From Mayamaea pseudoterrestris (Eukaryota), in contig BROI01000013.1 in assembly GCA_027923505.1 (NCBI GenBank), positions 806,001-870,000 on the forward strand: a DNA stretch of 64,000 bases. Reading direction: 5' to 3'. Below, one piece after another: positions 1-12,318 of this stretch (positions are counted from its first letter, which is position 1; each line of letters begins with the position of its first letter). The notes below the pieces were generated by a model. That model saw only the letters and a program-made list of their open reading frames with translations, searched no databases and was not told where the DNA came from. A program made the position numbers and the translations under genes.

Positions 1-3000
1 GCAACTTATCTCATTGTCTTGCTCATCGTCTACTGTGGATTGATCAGCGGGTACCGTGGATCTTAGAAGGCTGTTTCTTACAACCTTTTCGCCATCAACC
101 ACCTGTATTTCGAGCGGTACGCCATGATGCGTCAAACAATGGGCATCTGTACCCACAGCAATCATCGTTGGGACAGCTGAGGTCATCCGACTTTCCGACT
201 CAATGGTCGATGGATCCCAAGCGGTTTTCTCGTCGCCGTATCCGTTCCGAATTCTTGATTGTGAGCGTTTGGAACGCGAAGACTTGCCCCTACACTCGTT
301 CACTTCATCGCAGTTTTCGAATCGATCTTTGGACGCTGAACCCCTGCTAGAAGCATCTTCTCGCGACATATTACGGACTCTGCCGCGCTGAATTGCCTGG
401 GATATTGAATCATGTGACATTCCTTCCGATTGACTTATCGTCTCGTTATCCGTAAAGACTGACTGACCTGCGCCTGCAAGTTTCTGTCGCAAGGAATCCT
501 CGTGAATACGCAATCTTCTTTCAAGGGCGTCTTTCGTGACTATATCATTTGGAGGACAAGTCGAACCACACGGACTGAGCGGAGCGGCCGCTCGAGCAGT
601 TTCTTGAAGTGACTCCACCATTGCTGATGGACCAGTCCACATACGTTCAATATTTTTAGACGCCATGTGCTGCGACGTTGCAGTAAATGGAGATATGAGA
701 TCTGACGGACTGTCACTTCCACAGAACAATCGACCCCACGTTGAGCCTAATACTGGCTCGTCTCGGCCCTCATCTAAGTTCTTTTTCTGAATATCAACTT
801 GCAAGGATTCTTCCGGACCGCTCACTTCCACTCGGTTCACTCCAATGAGGGACATCTTACCGTCCATTGACGCCGGACTAATCGAGGCAGATCGCTCAGC
901 GCGCGATGTAGCGTCATCTGAAAGAGCCAAATGAAGAAAGAAGTCCTTGTTTTCACGTGCCATTGCATCTTCATCATTAGATATAACCAAGGAGAGAGTG
1001 TTGTTGTCGCTTACTGTTGACGCTGGCGATATGTGCTTGACGAGGCCTGGAGGATCCGCAGGCGTGCCTTCCGGAGAATTCGTGGAAAAGTTATTGATTG
1101 GTGTGCCCATAATGACGGGCCGATCTTGTCCTGATACATGAATGGATTTGTCGACGCCTGCTGGAATGGCATTAAGACAATGAAGATCAATAGCGTTCGC
1201 TACGCTGGTAACTTCACCTGTTGCGGCTTCCTGCTCAGCGTCGAGACTTTCAGATTCTTGTAGAGATACTTCAATACCTTGGACAATCTTGATATCCGAT
1301 GCATATACTGTGACATCGGTTCCGCGGACGACGAGTGAACCCGGCAGTGTTATCTTACTTGATTGACCATCGTGCTGTGACGATGCACTGATCCTATTGT
1401 CGCACTGCTGACTTAGCTTCGTTGTATCCAAGATTTGAGTGACTCTTGAATCTTTTTCAGATTGAGAGGAGCTAGACTGGCTTCGATGCGTCAGAACTGG
1501 AATCCTTGCAACACTTTCCGTCCTCGGACATTGTGAGGAGTGTGATGAGGACGAATGCAAACGCTGCTTCAGGCAAATATTTTCACCCTGGGGAGAGTCA
1601 TCGCCGTCCGATCGGCTGTAACTAAAAAAATCTCGCCTGCCATGGATCGAGTTAGAAAATTCATTTCTCCCGGCAACAACTGAAGCTTTATGATGTGGAT
1701 CATCGTCCAGCATAGACTCGAGCTCGTTCCCAACAAATCTCCCGGAAGTAACAATGAGAGGTTCCATCGAGTCGCATCCTGGCTTTGGCTTTCTTCGCCT
1801 CAAAGCTCCCAGCATCTGGATGCCAGGATCAATATCGCGTCCTTTAAGGATAGTCACGTGGCCAATATCCTCGCCTTGTACGACTGGAGCAACGACTAGT
1901 CGCGTTAGCGACAGAAGCTCCTCTGGCGTCGGTCCAAACATTGGTCTTTTCAGAACCATGCCGGCAACGTCATGTGATGTATTCACAGCAAGATAAGATG
2001 AGTCACTTCCTAGCAGTTCATCAGCTTCAGATTTGGAACCAATTGAATGCAAGTAGTCTTTCATTCGATGGAGCATAGCTTCGCGAGTTTCGTGCAATAC
2101 TTGCTGATTCTCCTCCAGCTGGTCTCGGATCAAGCCTTCAGGAACTGGTGCATGCTGTCGTCTCCAAAAGCGTCTCTCATGTAAGCAAGTTGACGCGTCT
2201 GGAAAATGTGCATCATTTGGATTAGCGTTTGGTGCGCTGGGGGAACATGAGACTGAATGTAACTGATCTTCTTCATCATCGTGTACAGGCTCAATTGAAA
2301 ATGAATCAGCGACAATGCCACGGCCACCCGTAGCTCTAGGCATGTAATCCTCAGGCCGAGGACCCAACAGATGTTTTGATAAAAGCATTCCATCTTCGAT
2401 TCTTTCATAGCTTCCAACTGATTCAGTTTCTTCGTCCTCTGGCTTCGCGCTGACCGCATGATTCGTTTGTACTTCATTGTATATCTCACCCAGTTCCTTG
2501 TAGATACTTTGAAGAGCTTCATGCTCAGAGTTATTCCGCAAGTCGTCCGCGAAAGGCACCGGCATATCTTCGGAGTCATGACTCGTGGGATCAGCGGTGA
2601 ATACTGATTCGTCGTTCGATGTGCACTCAAGACCCTTGTTATCTGATACTTCGAAATGCCTTCCAGATGCGTACAATCGAGAATTTATATCATTCGCTTG
2701 CTTCCTTACATCAATGTCGTCATCCTCATCGTCAGAGAAAAGTGCGTCGCGGTTTGTTTCATGCTCAAAACCGCCTTTTTCGAGGACGTCAGTTGTCTGC
2801 CCACAAAGCATAGACTCTGCGTTGTCACAAAGAAAATCAAGAAGATCGTTACCTGTATTCGAAAGCTCTTTTGGGCCAGTGGAATGTCGACGCTCTTCCA
2901 AAGACTCGTTATTTTTAGTTTTCTTTACCACAGAGCCAGAAGTTTGGCACATCAAGGTCGCAAATAGCCCAGCTGGCGAGAAAGTAGCACCTGCAGGAGA

Positions 3001-6000
3001 GGCATCATTAGATCGAGTTTCATTTTCTTGAGTATACTTTGCTTTTGTGCCCCTCATGAGTCGCTTCTGTTTTCGCCATGCTCGTTTCATGGCGAGCAGA
3101 TCTTCCGGCGTAGGTGCTTTTCGTCCAGGTCCATCAGGTGCATCATCGACCAATCGTTGCTTCATTGAAGTTACCGCTGCTTTATTGTCAGTCATCGTAG
3201 CTCGCCAATCAAATAGACGTATGGGCGGTTCAATTACGACGTGTTCAACTATGTCTTCGCCGTCAGTGTCGTCGTCATCCGTAGCGGATAATGATGACTC
3301 GTGCGATGCTTCGTGCAGGGGACAGGGTAAACTGCCTGAGAGTTTCATTTGATGGGCATCAGAATCCTCTAGCGACATTTCAACTCCATTAGTATACTTT
3401 TCTGGAAGGCTATGCGTTCGTGAAACATCGGCATCCGCATCTACCAGCACTCGCTCTGTAAACTTCGCCGAGCGATTCGATAGAAATCCTTGTATAGCAC
3501 TCGAATCGACATGGGAAATTTCAAGTTCACAATTTCCGACGGTGACTGAAGCTTTGGAAGTCAGCTCACTTGGAATGCTTGTCATTTGATCCTCAGCGGA
3601 TAAAACGTCAGCGTCAACGCAAATGTCGTCACTTGATTTGTCGGCGTCAAAGACTGCTTTAGGCTTTCTCTGATTATTCTTTAACGACGAGGTCGATACA
3701 ATTTCTATCTCTTCATTTTCGCTGTCAGTAGCTACAGCTTGAACTTCTAAGTGTAAATTGCTCTGGCTTTCCGCAAATGGAGCACCATGCGGTTCAACAC
3801 CATTTTGATCATCACTCTGGAAGTCTTGCTCGAAATCTCGGTTACCCTGGTTTTCTGTCTCTTCTTTCTCATTGGATTCTGTTTCCTTTTCAGCTGATTC
3901 ATCCAAAGCCCCGGCTTCAACCGCGTACCTATCATGTGTCTCACTGATCATGCTTAGAGTCTGCAAAAATGCACAGGGTTGATTCTGCGCCAATCGGGAG
4001 CGCGTGTTTCGAACTTTTTCAGTGTCGAATGAAGAGTAATCTTTCAATGGTACACTTGTTTGCGACGTAGATTCGCTGCAGGGCGAGGCACTTTCAACAG
4101 TCACATTGTGAACTGGTAATGGTGCCACTTCAACATCCTGGCCTTTAACGACGATGAGGGGGTCCTGGAGTTCCTCATTCTGTTCGCTTTCAGCTGAATT
4201 CTTATGCAAGGACGCAGGATCAGCCGCCAAATGGAAAACATCATCTAGCTTTGTTCCATGGACTTGCTTGGATGATCCAGTTCCTTCAAAATACCACACA
4301 TCTTCACTAACCGCCTTTGATTCGTTGTCATCAAACGATGCGAAGCCTGTAAGGTCAATGATGTCGTCGGGAGCCGATACGTCTTCTTCACTCTGGTCTT
4401 CTTCTTCCTCGACCGCCTCAAGATTTTCGACAACGCGTGACGTGGTTGTCGAGAAGGCCCCTGCCCTAGAGCTCAGCGTACTGTTGTCCATCTTCGAGCT
4501 CGCCACACTCTCATCAAGTCCAGGCACAATAGCAGCATCATTAAGTCGATCGCTCTCTGACGAATCACTCATCGACGCGTTAAGAGTTAATTTGGTGGCA
4601 TCTGCCGATTTCGCTTTTTCAATTGATTTCTCTAGAATGCCCTTTGACTTGGGACTGAGAGCCTCTATCTTGCTAGCCAATTCGCCTTGTTTAGTCGGAC
4701 TTAGTCCCAGAAAGTTGTGACCAAAGGCCAGGAGATTACTGACGAAAGCTGATTTGCTGTCGCACCCCTGTTGTTCGCCTGTCGCAACGTCGATATTTGT
4801 TTCATCCCGTACGACTTCAGCTGCAGCAGCATACTTGTCGGTGGTGTCATCATCAGAGCTATCATCTGATCCAGTTGTCAGTCCCAAGCTCCTGTATAGG
4901 CTTGCGGCTTCTTGCGACGCATTATTGCCTGCCAATCGATCGTCCAGGCTTGCTCCACCGTCGGTGGCTGAATAAGTTCTATCATTACCAGCTTCTACAT
5001 GTAAATAGCTTTCATTCTTTGTTTCGGACGGCGTAAGTTGTGAGCGATCCGTAGTTAAACAACTTGCTCGAGTCTGCCTGTCGGTGTCGGTGTCTTGACT
5101 GAGGTATGTATCAACGCGAAGCTCGCCACTCGTATTCTTTGTGCCATCATCTCTAGTGGAAGGCCCATCGACTGAATCTTTCAATTGTTGCGAATCATGG
5201 GAAAATTCTTCATTTTCCTCGTCCGTCGCGTGTTCCTGATCGTCGACATCAGTAGCAGCTTCCGCGACATGATATCGATCGCCGTTTTCGTTAACAAACG
5301 CATTCGAGCTGGTTTTGCGGACAATCACCAAACTCATCTCACTTTGCAACGACGGAGAATCAAGGACTGCGACACTAGCAGCGTCGCGGCCGGCAGGATC
5401 GGGGCTCTTCGGACCGCCTTCACGAGCAGCAGTACGACGAATGTCAACCCTCAACATATTCTCGAACTCATCGTCAGAATCATCGACAGCTTGATGATGA
5501 GCCATAGGATCCTTGTGCCGTGAGGGCGAGGCACCTCCTTCTGAAAAGAAGTATGCCGATGACCTGGTTGTCGTATTAGTGATCTTTGGTGTTTCTTTCA
5601 TTGCCGCGACATGTTTGCCGTTTTGCACACTCGACGTGTTTTGATAGCGGTCAACGTTAAATTCGTTAAGGATTTTTTCGGCGTCGTTTGGATAATCAGT
5701 GCTGCTCCAAGGTTTGCTAATTTCGTTCACTAGCATCTTGCCCAATGGTGTTTGATTACATGCATTAAGCATTACTTCCACTGCGACTTGACTGGTTTCC
5801 GCAGAGTCAGTGCCTTCAACACTCCAGGTGACTTTATCCTCTGACAGCGAGTCGGCGAGAGCCTTGCCACTCTTGACCGGAGAGGATATTCGGACAGTTC
5901 TTCTTTCCTTGAAATGTAAAGGCGGGAGAGGTGACAAGAGAGGGGCGTACTTATCGGGGCTCTCAAGAGACCGTGCATAGCGATCTGGATCTTCTTTAGA

Positions 6001-8859
6001 GCTTATTGTCCCATCGTCACGCGTCCGATCGAGAGCTGAGACGTCGACCGATCCATGCGCACGGACCTCTCGCATGGGGAAGTACCGCAACGATTGGTCC
6101 AGATCCGAAACATTTTCATCAGTCGACAATGCAATTTCTCTTGGAAAGCTTGTTTGTCTGTCCTCGTCATGATTGACCTCTGTTTCCTCGACAGCTTCTG
6201 CTTTATAAGCCTGGTCGGTCTTGGCAAGCTTGCGACTGATCAAGCCTTTACGAGTTTTGGCATTATTGATGCGAGGGCTATTTGTAAACCTGGGCGATTC
6301 CATTAAAGGCGAGTTTGGCTGCTGTTTTTTCAACTTGCGAGGTGACTTTGTATTCTTCTTTTTCCTTGCAACTTTGTTCGAGTTTGGCGAAAGAGACAAT
6401 TCAAGTGCCGCCATCATTGCAGATGAATCGACTGCCGGCAGGGGAATGCCGCCATCATCCATTGAGTCCACCGTCTCGACCTTTAACTTGGGCCTGGGAG
6501 CTCGAGCAGCGGATGCGTCGCTCTTACTGACGATGTGCGTCTCCTTTACCCCCTCTTGATTGATATATTCTTTACTATCGTTTGCAACAGGAATGATCAA
6601 TTTCGAGATAGTGTACCGTGGCTTGGGAGCTGTCTGATTTATCGGCTGCTTCCATGATTCGAACACTACATTTTTTTCCTTGTTGCTGTCTTGAACAAAA
6701 TTCGCCGTCGATCCAATTGGATCTTGTGTGGGTCTTGTCTGAGATGGCGCTTCGAGTCCCTGCTTCTTCGATCCAGTCGACCTCTCATCTTTTCCGTTGA
6801 CATATATGGACCCACTCGTAGCAGGAAGTTTATTTGCAAAACTTCTGTGTTGCTCGGCCCCAAGCTTGTCGCGTCTATTAGCCGACGCGTCGTCGTCAAA
6901 TGGATTAGTCAAGTGCAGCTCGTCCAACTTCTTCTCGTCATCACCTTCAACATTATTGAATGGATCCGAAATGTCAAGATCCATCTTTGGCTGCTGCGTG
7001 CGATCATAAAAGTTGTCGTCAAACGGATTAGACGTATGCACTGCTACACATGGCGAGTCATCGGCGCGAGGTGTCATGACGTTAATGACTTCTGGCGTGA
7101 GCCTGGTTTCCACCGCTTGTGGATACTCAGACGCCTTTTCAGACGCCAGGAAATCTGGCTGTTCTTGCTTGGCGCGAGGCGACGGATCCGGCAGCTCATG
7201 GTCATTGGCATCATCCATCAAGTAGGACTCGTGACTGCTGTTCTGTTGAATGTTGAGCGGGTTGCTCATGGCGTACGAATCATCGGCGTCCACTTTATCA
7301 CCACTTTTGCTCGTGTCTTCGTCGTCCTCGTGCTCTTCAACTCGCTTCATGGGTGACGGCGGCGCTTTGCGTCCAATATTGCGCGGTGAGTTGGCATGTT
7401 CGTCGGCAATGACATTCACCGAACTTGCCGCCACCATGGAGGCCGACTCTGGATTCATCCATTCATCCTCCTCCTCGTCACCACCATCCAACGTGACTCC
7501 ATCCGCATCTGGTCTCAGTTGGTCCGGCGGAAGTACATCCGGCGCATCTACTGGAACGCGCTGACCCGGCGACGCCACTCCACGCACCGTACCAGTCTTG
7601 CTCATCTTTGGCGGCGACTGAATCGGTGGAAAGGCCACACGAGGATACGTGCCAATGCTGTGCAACGGCGATGGATCGCGCGTTGTAATGCTTTGGTCAG
7701 CACCATTAGTTATTTGCGAATACATTTGCGCAATGCTGCTGGTGCGCATCGATTCCTGCGTGGAAATGGCCGACGCCGGACTCGTCTTGCTGCTGTTCGT
7801 GCCAGTGTTTGCCGCAGTTGCATTCGATGGCTTGGTGGTGTGGCTCGTCGTCACCACACTCGGCAGCGTACTCGTCGTGCGACTGTTCGTTCCCACCGTG
7901 GTGCCGCCATTGCCCATGCGATTCAGCAATGCTCGAACCTTGTCAAAGGCAATCTTTTTCGACTTGTCATCCTTCTTGGAGTCGGCGGGAGAAGGTTTCG
8001 GCTGCTCCTGTTCTGGCTGCTGCTGTTGATTCGTCAAAGTGTTGCCATTCGTTTCGGTCGGCACAGGTGTAGCTACTACCAATTGCTGCTGATTCATTGC
8101 CAAATCCATCTTGCCCTCTTGCTGCTGCTTTGACGCCATCAGACTCGCATCCACAGGCACTGCATGCGCCAACGTGTGCGCTGGTCGTTGAGTTGTCGGT
8201 GCGTCCTTCTTCTTCATGGCCTGTAGCTTGACCATTGCCTTTTCCTGCTGCTTTTGCACGGCCACCTTGTCGAGCGTAATGGGACTGGGCGCCGAAAGCT
8301 GCATGCCCGCGTGGAGTTGCATGACTTTGCGCGGCGCCGAAACAAAGGTGTGGGCCTGCGTGGAAACCTTGTCGTTGACAATGTGGTAATGGTTGCTACT
8401 TGGATCTGTCGGTGGCAGAACGTTTGCTGCTGCTGGCTTGTGCAACACTGCCTTTGGAACGTTGCTTCGATTGACAACGGGTCTACTCGCTTTTGCCTTG
8501 CTGTTGTTATATCCAGCTGCTGCTCCTCCATTGTTGCGACTCGTTGGACTATTCTGAGGATCAAGCTGGTAAATGATTCCTTCCGGATCACTCAAACTAC
8601 TCATTTTACTCTGCTGATCCTCCTGATCTTGCATATTAATCTTGTTGACTGGTGGAAGCACCGTTTTGTTGGTAAAGGGCACCAGCTTGGTTGCATTCTT
8701 GGTGGACGACTTTGTTTTGCCCAGCAGCGACGGAAAGAGTCCTTTGCGCTCGGCCGGAGGCGTGGCCGGTGGATGGTGATGCTTTTGCGCCGCCGCTGCG
8801 GAAGGACGAGGACGCGTCACCACGGCATGCGCGACTGGCTTTGTTTGCTGCTTCTTCAT
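1..8859 (-). CDS. Giant low-complexity, probably largely disordered protein (>2,950 aa; 3' end lies outside the window)
   Basis: ATG at 8859 (ACC-ATG context, in-frame TGA upstream at 8887-8889) translates MKKQQTKPVAHAVVTRPRPSAAAAQKHHHPPATPP... The ORF track lists no minus-strand ORF in this frame between 1 and 8859, which implies no stop before the window edge. Spot translation at both ends found no stops. S/D/E/K/P/T-rich; no domain recognised. Confidence 0.8.
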   Translation of the reverse strand, partial: MKKQQTKPVAHAVVTRPRPSAAAAQKHHHPPATPPAERKGLFPSLLGKTKSSTKNATKLVPFTNKTVLPPVNKINMQDQEDQQSKMSSLSDPEGIIYQLDPQNSPTSRNNGGAAAGYNNSKAKASRPVVNRSNVPKAVLHKPAAANVLPPTDPSSNHYHIVNDKVSTQAHTFVSAPRKVMQLHAGMQLSAPSPITLDKVAVQKQQEKAMVKLQAMKKKDAPTTQRPAHTLAHAVPVDASLMASKQQQEGKMDLAMNQQQLVVATPVPTETNGNTLTNQQQQPEQEQPKPSPADSKKDDKSKKIAFDKVRALLNRMGNGGTTVGTNSRTTSTLPSVVTTSHTTKPSNATAANTGTNSSKTSPASAISTQESMRTSSIAQMYSQITNGADQSITTRDPSPLHSIGTYPRVAFPPIQSPPKMSKTGTVRGVASPGQRVPVDAPDVLPPDQLRPDADGVTLDGGDEEEDEWMNPESASMVAASSVNVIADEHANSPRNIGRKAPPSPMKRVEEHEDDEDTSKSGDKVDADDSYAMSNPLNIQQNSSHESYLMDDANDHELPDPSPRAKQEQPDFLASEKASEYPQAVETRLTPEVINVMTPRADDSPCVAVHTSNPFDDNFYDRTQQPKMDLDISDPFNNVEGDDEKKLDELHLTNPFDDDASANRRDKLGAEQHRSFANKLPATSGSIYVNGKDERSTGSKKQGLEAPSQTRPTQDPIGSTANFVQDSNKEKNVVFESWKQPINQTAPKPRYTISKLIIPVANDSKEYINQEGVKETHIVSKSDASAARAPRPKLKVETVDSMDDGGIPLPAVDSSAMMAALELSLSPNSNKVARKKKNTKSPRKLKKQQPNSPLMESPRFTNSPRINNAKTRKGLISRKLAKTDQAYKAEAVEETEVNHDEDRQTSFPREIALSTDENVSDLDQSLRYFPMREVRAHGSVDVSALDRTRDDGTISSKEDPDRYARSLESPDKYAPLLSPLPPLHFKERRTVRISSPVKSGKALADSLSEDKVTWSVEGTDSAETSQVAVEVMLNACNQTPLGKMLVNEISKPWSSTDYPNDAEKILNEFNVDRYQNTSSVQNGKHVAAMKETPKITNTTTRSSAYFFSEGGASPSRHKDPMAHHQAVDDSDDEFENMLRVDIRRTAAREGGPKSPDPAGRDAASVAVLDSPSLQSEMSLVIVRKTSSNAFVNENGDRYHVAEAATDVDDQEHATDEENEEFSHDSQQLKDSVDGPSTRDDGTKNTSGELRVDTYLSQDTDTDRQTRASCLTTDRSQLTPSETKNESYLHVEAGNDRTYSATDGGASLDDRLAGNNASQEAASLYRSLGLTTGSDDSSDDDTTDKYAAAAEVVRDETNIDVATGEQQGCDSKSAFVSNLLAFGHNFLGLSPTKQGELASKIEALSPKSKGILEKSIEKAKSADATKLTLNASMSDSSESDRLNDAAIVPGLDESVASSKMDNSTLSSRAGAFSTTTSRVVENLEAVEEEEDQSEEDVSAPDDIIDLTGFASFDDNESKAVSEDVWYFEGTGSSKQVHGTKLDDVFHLAADPASLHKNSAESEQNEELQDPLIVVKGQDVEVAPLPVHNVTVESASPCSESTSQTSVPLKDYSSFDTEKVRNTRSRLAQNQPCAFLQTLSMISETHDRYAVEAGALDESAEKETESNEKEETENQGNRDFEQDFQSDDQNGVEPHGAPFAESQSNLHLEVQAVATDSENEEIEIVSTSSLKNNQRKPKAVFDADKSSDDICVDADVLSAEDQMTSIPSELTSKASVTVGNCELEISHVDSSAIQGFLSNRSAKFTERVLVDADADVSRTHSLPEKYTNGVEMSLEDSDAHQMKLSGSLPCPLHEASHESSLSATDDDDTDGEDIVEHVVIEPPIRLFDWRATMTDNKAAVTSMKQRLVDDAPDGPGRKAPTPEDLLAMKRAWRKQKRLMRGTKAKYTQENETRSNDASPAGATFSPAGLFATLMCQTSGSVVKKTKNNESLEERRHSTGPKELSNTGNDLLDFLCDNAESMLCGQTTDVLEKGGFEHETNRDALFSDDEDDDIDVRKQANDINSRLYASGRHFEVSDNKGLECTSNDESVFTADPTSHDSEDMPVPFADDLRNNSEHEALQSIYKELGEIYNEVQTNHAVSAKPEDEETESVGSYERIEDGMLLSKHLLGPRPEDYMPRATGGRGIVADSFSIEPVHDDEEDQLHSVSCSPSAPNANPNDAHFPDASTCLHERRFWRRQHAPVPEGLIRDQLEENQQVLHETREAMLHRMKDYLHSIGSKSEADELLGSDSSYLAVNTSHDVAGMVLKRPMFGPTPEELLSLTRLVVAPVVQGEDIGHVTILKGRDIDPGIQMLGALRRRKPKPGCDSMEPLIVTSGRFVGNELESMLDDDPHHKASVVAGRNEFSNSIHGRRDFFSYSRSDGDDSPQGENICLKQRLHSSSSHSSQCPRTESVARIPVLTHRSQSSSSQSEKDSRVTQILDTTKLSQQCDNRISASSQHDGQSSKITLPGSLVVRGTDVTVYASDIKIVQGIEVSLQESESLDAEQEAATGEVTSVANAIDLHCLNAIPAGVDKSIHVSGQDRPVIMGTPINNFSTNSPEGTPADPPGLVKHISPASTVSDNNTLSLVISNDEDAMARENKDFFLHLALSDDATSRAERSASISPASMDGKMSLIGVNRVEVSGPEESLQVDIQKKNLDEGRDEPVLGSTWGRLFCGSDSPSDLISPFTATSQHMASKNIERMWTGPSAMVESLQETARAAAPLSPCGSTCPPNDIVTKDALERRLRIHEDSLRQKLAGAGQSVFTDNETISQSEGMSHDSISQAIQRGRVRNMSREDASSRGSASKDRFENCDEVNECRGKSSRSKRSQSRIRNGYGDEKTAWDPSTIESESRMTSAVPTMIAVGTDAHCLTHHGVPLEIQVVDGEKVVRNSLLRSTVPADQSTVDDEQDNEISC

Positions 8860-9218
8860 GGTGATTGAAAGCCTTGCAATACTTGTTCAATGGTGATGTT
8901 CGCTGCAGAATCTTTGCTGGTGCGCTTTTTGCTTTCGCCGATGCAGATTGTATTGTTGCTTTGCCTACTTTGCTAATGCTAACTCCTCTTTCTCAATGCT
9001 TCGTCAACAGAACGTTGCAATGGCACACAGTCACTTTGCAGCAGGTGCTCTCAAAAAGGTGCAGTCGGCTGCGCGCTGGGTGTCGAGGGGCGCCTTGATC
9101 TTGATCGTGTCGCAGCTTGGTTGGAAAAAGGGTTGACGGCGAAGTTTGGCGAACCGCATGTTGTGACAAAGGTATCCTTGATTTCGAATAGAGTATCTTG
9201 CATTATAAATAATCGCTC

Positions 9219-9236
9219 ATGACGTCATTATGACGT
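9219..9236. promoter_or_regulatory. Tandem TGACGT (CRE/bZIP-type) motifs upstream of the giant ORF
   Basis: Palindromic ATGACGTCAT followed by ATGACGT, about 360 bp upstream of the ATG at 8859. Function is inferred only. Confidence 0.25.
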
Positions 9237-10085
9237 ATTTCAAAGCTAAGTTAGCGCCTCATTGCTTCGGCAGTGCGTCACGGGCGCGGCGGAGGAAGAA
9301 ACGGATCGCTCGATATGAAAGATGAGCCGCCACTCTTTTGACGCATTTGAACCTACAAAGCAGAATATATTAGACTCGGATCAGAAATATAACACGGCAA
9401 GCGAAGAATCATACGAAAACTGGCGCAGTCATCGGGGAAGATTCGTCCAAGTCTTTGCCTCGTTTGTCTGAGACATGATGCGTCGTCGGTCGTCGACGTC
9501 GGACGTCGGACACCTTTCGAGCATGCTAGTAGAAACGATAGCCGGAGGACAAGATAATCAGAGTGGACTTGTTCATACCTATTAGAGTCTTGGGGATGTC
9601 AATGATTGCGCGAGGTGGCTACTGGTAGTTCTGTCTTGCCAAGATGAGGGTATGATAGCACGACAGCATCAGTTCAGCTCATAGATGGGCAAGCAGCAAG
9701 CGCAAGCCATTTTCTTAAACAAACAATAACAAGTCCTGCCTCGCTCTGTTTACTTCTCATGAAAATTTTTCAGTGCTGCAGCAAACTCTGTGAGCTTAGC
9801 AGCTGCTCCAGGGGACAAGAAATGATTGTTGCCTTGTGCCTTGCCTCCAGCCTTGCCTCCATTTTTTGTTTGGCGTTTGGCGTGGACGGACCTGCGTTTC
9901 CCAAGATCAACGACTTAGTCAAGTACGCGCAGTAATAACTAAAAAGACAGCATACAACACGTTCAACTATCGATTACTATGAACTTTGTCCGCGGATGTT
10001 GCAGAGAACCATAGCTCACATGACCAGCTCAATAGCTCAAAGCTTACAAAACCTATGTGTATTGCAGCAACGCCTGCAACCATTA

Positions 10086-11914
10086 CTATACATCAGCATC
10101 CTTGAATTCCTCATCGACTGACCCCAATGAACTGGACGTCAATAGCAAACTTGCCTGTTCCGTCGACGCATCCATTCCCGAGCTTGCCTCGCGTCGCTTC
10201 ATGAGCACATACTGCAGCACCGACGCCGTTCCAAGCATGATGCAGTTGAGCGCAAACGATTGCCGTGGCGTCAAGTCGGTCAACAAGCTAAACAGCACAA
10301 TAAAATTGAGTGGAATCCGAAATAAATTGTAAATTGCCGCGCGCTTTGACTCTGGCACAATCATTCCCTTCATTGTGCCCATGAGCGGCCAGTACATGCC
10401 CACTGTCATTTCAAACACGTTCATGGCCAGAAACTTGGTCGTCTTGCTCGTTGAAACGGCGACACTTCCCATGGCCAAGGCTGCCAAGCCAAAGACTGCC
10501 ACGGCCAGTGACTCGCCCTTGACGCGCTCCGTGGCAATGCCAAACAGGCTGGCGCCGCACATGCAGCATACCATGAATGTCGCAAAGATTTGTCCAAACG
10601 GAAGAGGCGCATCCTTGCTGCCGCTGCCTCCGGATGATAAGGCTGGTGTCCACATGAAAACGAAAATGTACATGGATCTTTAAGTGGTGAAGAAAGGTGC
10701 GAGTATATGAGCAACGAGAGAATGAATGAAACAAACGAATCAAGCATTGCGCCATTCTACAAGCAACGGACGGTGCATGATACACAATACACATTATCAT
10801 TCGCAACATACCCTTCAAAGAGACTCGATATCAATCCACACAGCAGCACATCCATGTTGCGCGTCGTTGTGACAAAGGCGCTCCGTAAGCCATCGTACCA
10901 CTTGGCGTTTGTCGTCTTGGAGGTGTCGGTAACGTCCTGCTGCTGCTCGGTTTGATCCACCGTTCCAAAGTTTTCCTCCCACGTCAGATAGCAAACGGCG
11001 CCACAAATCAACAAACACGTTAACGCAATGTCAAAGGGATTCAAGTATCCTCCCGTGTAGAATATGGAATCAGCACTAGTCGCCGTCATTTTGCTTTTCG
11101 AGGCTGCTCCGTTCGCCACCAAGCCCGCCGCAATGGCAATCACCGAGTTGCCGTACGAGGCCCAGGCAAAGCTCTTGCCGAGGCAGTGTTTGAGTCGTAG
11201 ATTGGAGTGCGAGCGAATCAGCCAGGCCTCAAAGACGCTGAACAGCAGCGACGTGGCAATGCCGCCCAGCAAGCGGCCGAGCATGAGAATCTTGAAATTG
11301 CGAAAGTCTGAGTGTAAAAGATAGACGAGCTGTGTTAGAAAACATGCATTTAATCATCAAACAGAGTATCCCAAGCTCTCTCTCTCTCATTCATTCATAT
11401 ATCATATATTATACATCAAACAGAGTTTCCATGATCTCTCTCAATCACTCATATTTACTCTCTCACAGTATTATACTTAACGCTTGGTCATGCAGCTCGC
11501 CGCATACACTAGACAAAACACCAATACGAATCGCTTGCGCCCACCCCAGTCGGCCATGCCCCCCACGAACGAACCAAACACCATGCTGCTGCCAAATCCC
11601 GCGACAAACAGTACGGCAATCTCGTGCTGCGAGTAGCCATAGTCGCTGTACAAGGCGTAAACGTAGGGGCCCTGCAGCCAGTCACTGGCCGTGGCGAGTA
11701 AATAAACAACTAAATACTTGCGCAAGAGTGAATTGTATTCGCGCGTTTCGTCAATCGTTAGTGTGTTCGAGTCAATGTTGTTTGCCTTATTCTTGCTACC
11801 TGCAAACTTTGATTTGTAGAGCTCCGAGCTGCGAAAGGTGGCGAGTGCGTTGCATATCAAGGCGCCGACGAAAATGGCGGTGAATGGCACTGGCGATATA
11901 ACTGCTGCCGACAT
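10086..11914 (-). CDS. MFS transporter, molybdate-anion transporter (MFSD5/MOT2, MFS_5) family; 3 exons 11914-11482, 11307-10812, 10677-10086
   Basis: Family motifs YLVVYLLATASDWLQGPYVYALY, GRLLGGIATSLLFSVFEAW and SLFEGSMYIFVFMWTP. Two GT-AG introns restore the frame (TK-H-FRNF; FE-G-SMY). Confidence 0.9.
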
Positions 11915-12318
11915 GATTCGCTATAGAGTGATTGATGTATAGTATAGTAATTAGGGTAGCTCCTGCCTTGTGCACCTTCGACGACTGGAGCAGCAACAGA
12001 CGAGGGCCAAATGCCTTGCAGCAGGTTTCGAATGGATCGAAATATATGCGTCATGAAAAGGGTGCACGTGCCGGAAGCAACTTATTGTACTCATGAGAAT
12101 CTGTATTGTTTGCAATTACTATGTCATGTCTCGCATTATCGATCGCTTAAGAACAAATTAGTCATTTTGGCGACGGTCATTTTATCAGTCGGCGCGCCCA
12201 AATTATACCGGTGCGACACGGACAAATCCGGCATGGCGCGACATGAACCATCGAATCTTTCGACCAAAACTGCCGATTTACGACAACTTGGACTACTCAT
12301 CTTGCTCCAAAGACTATC

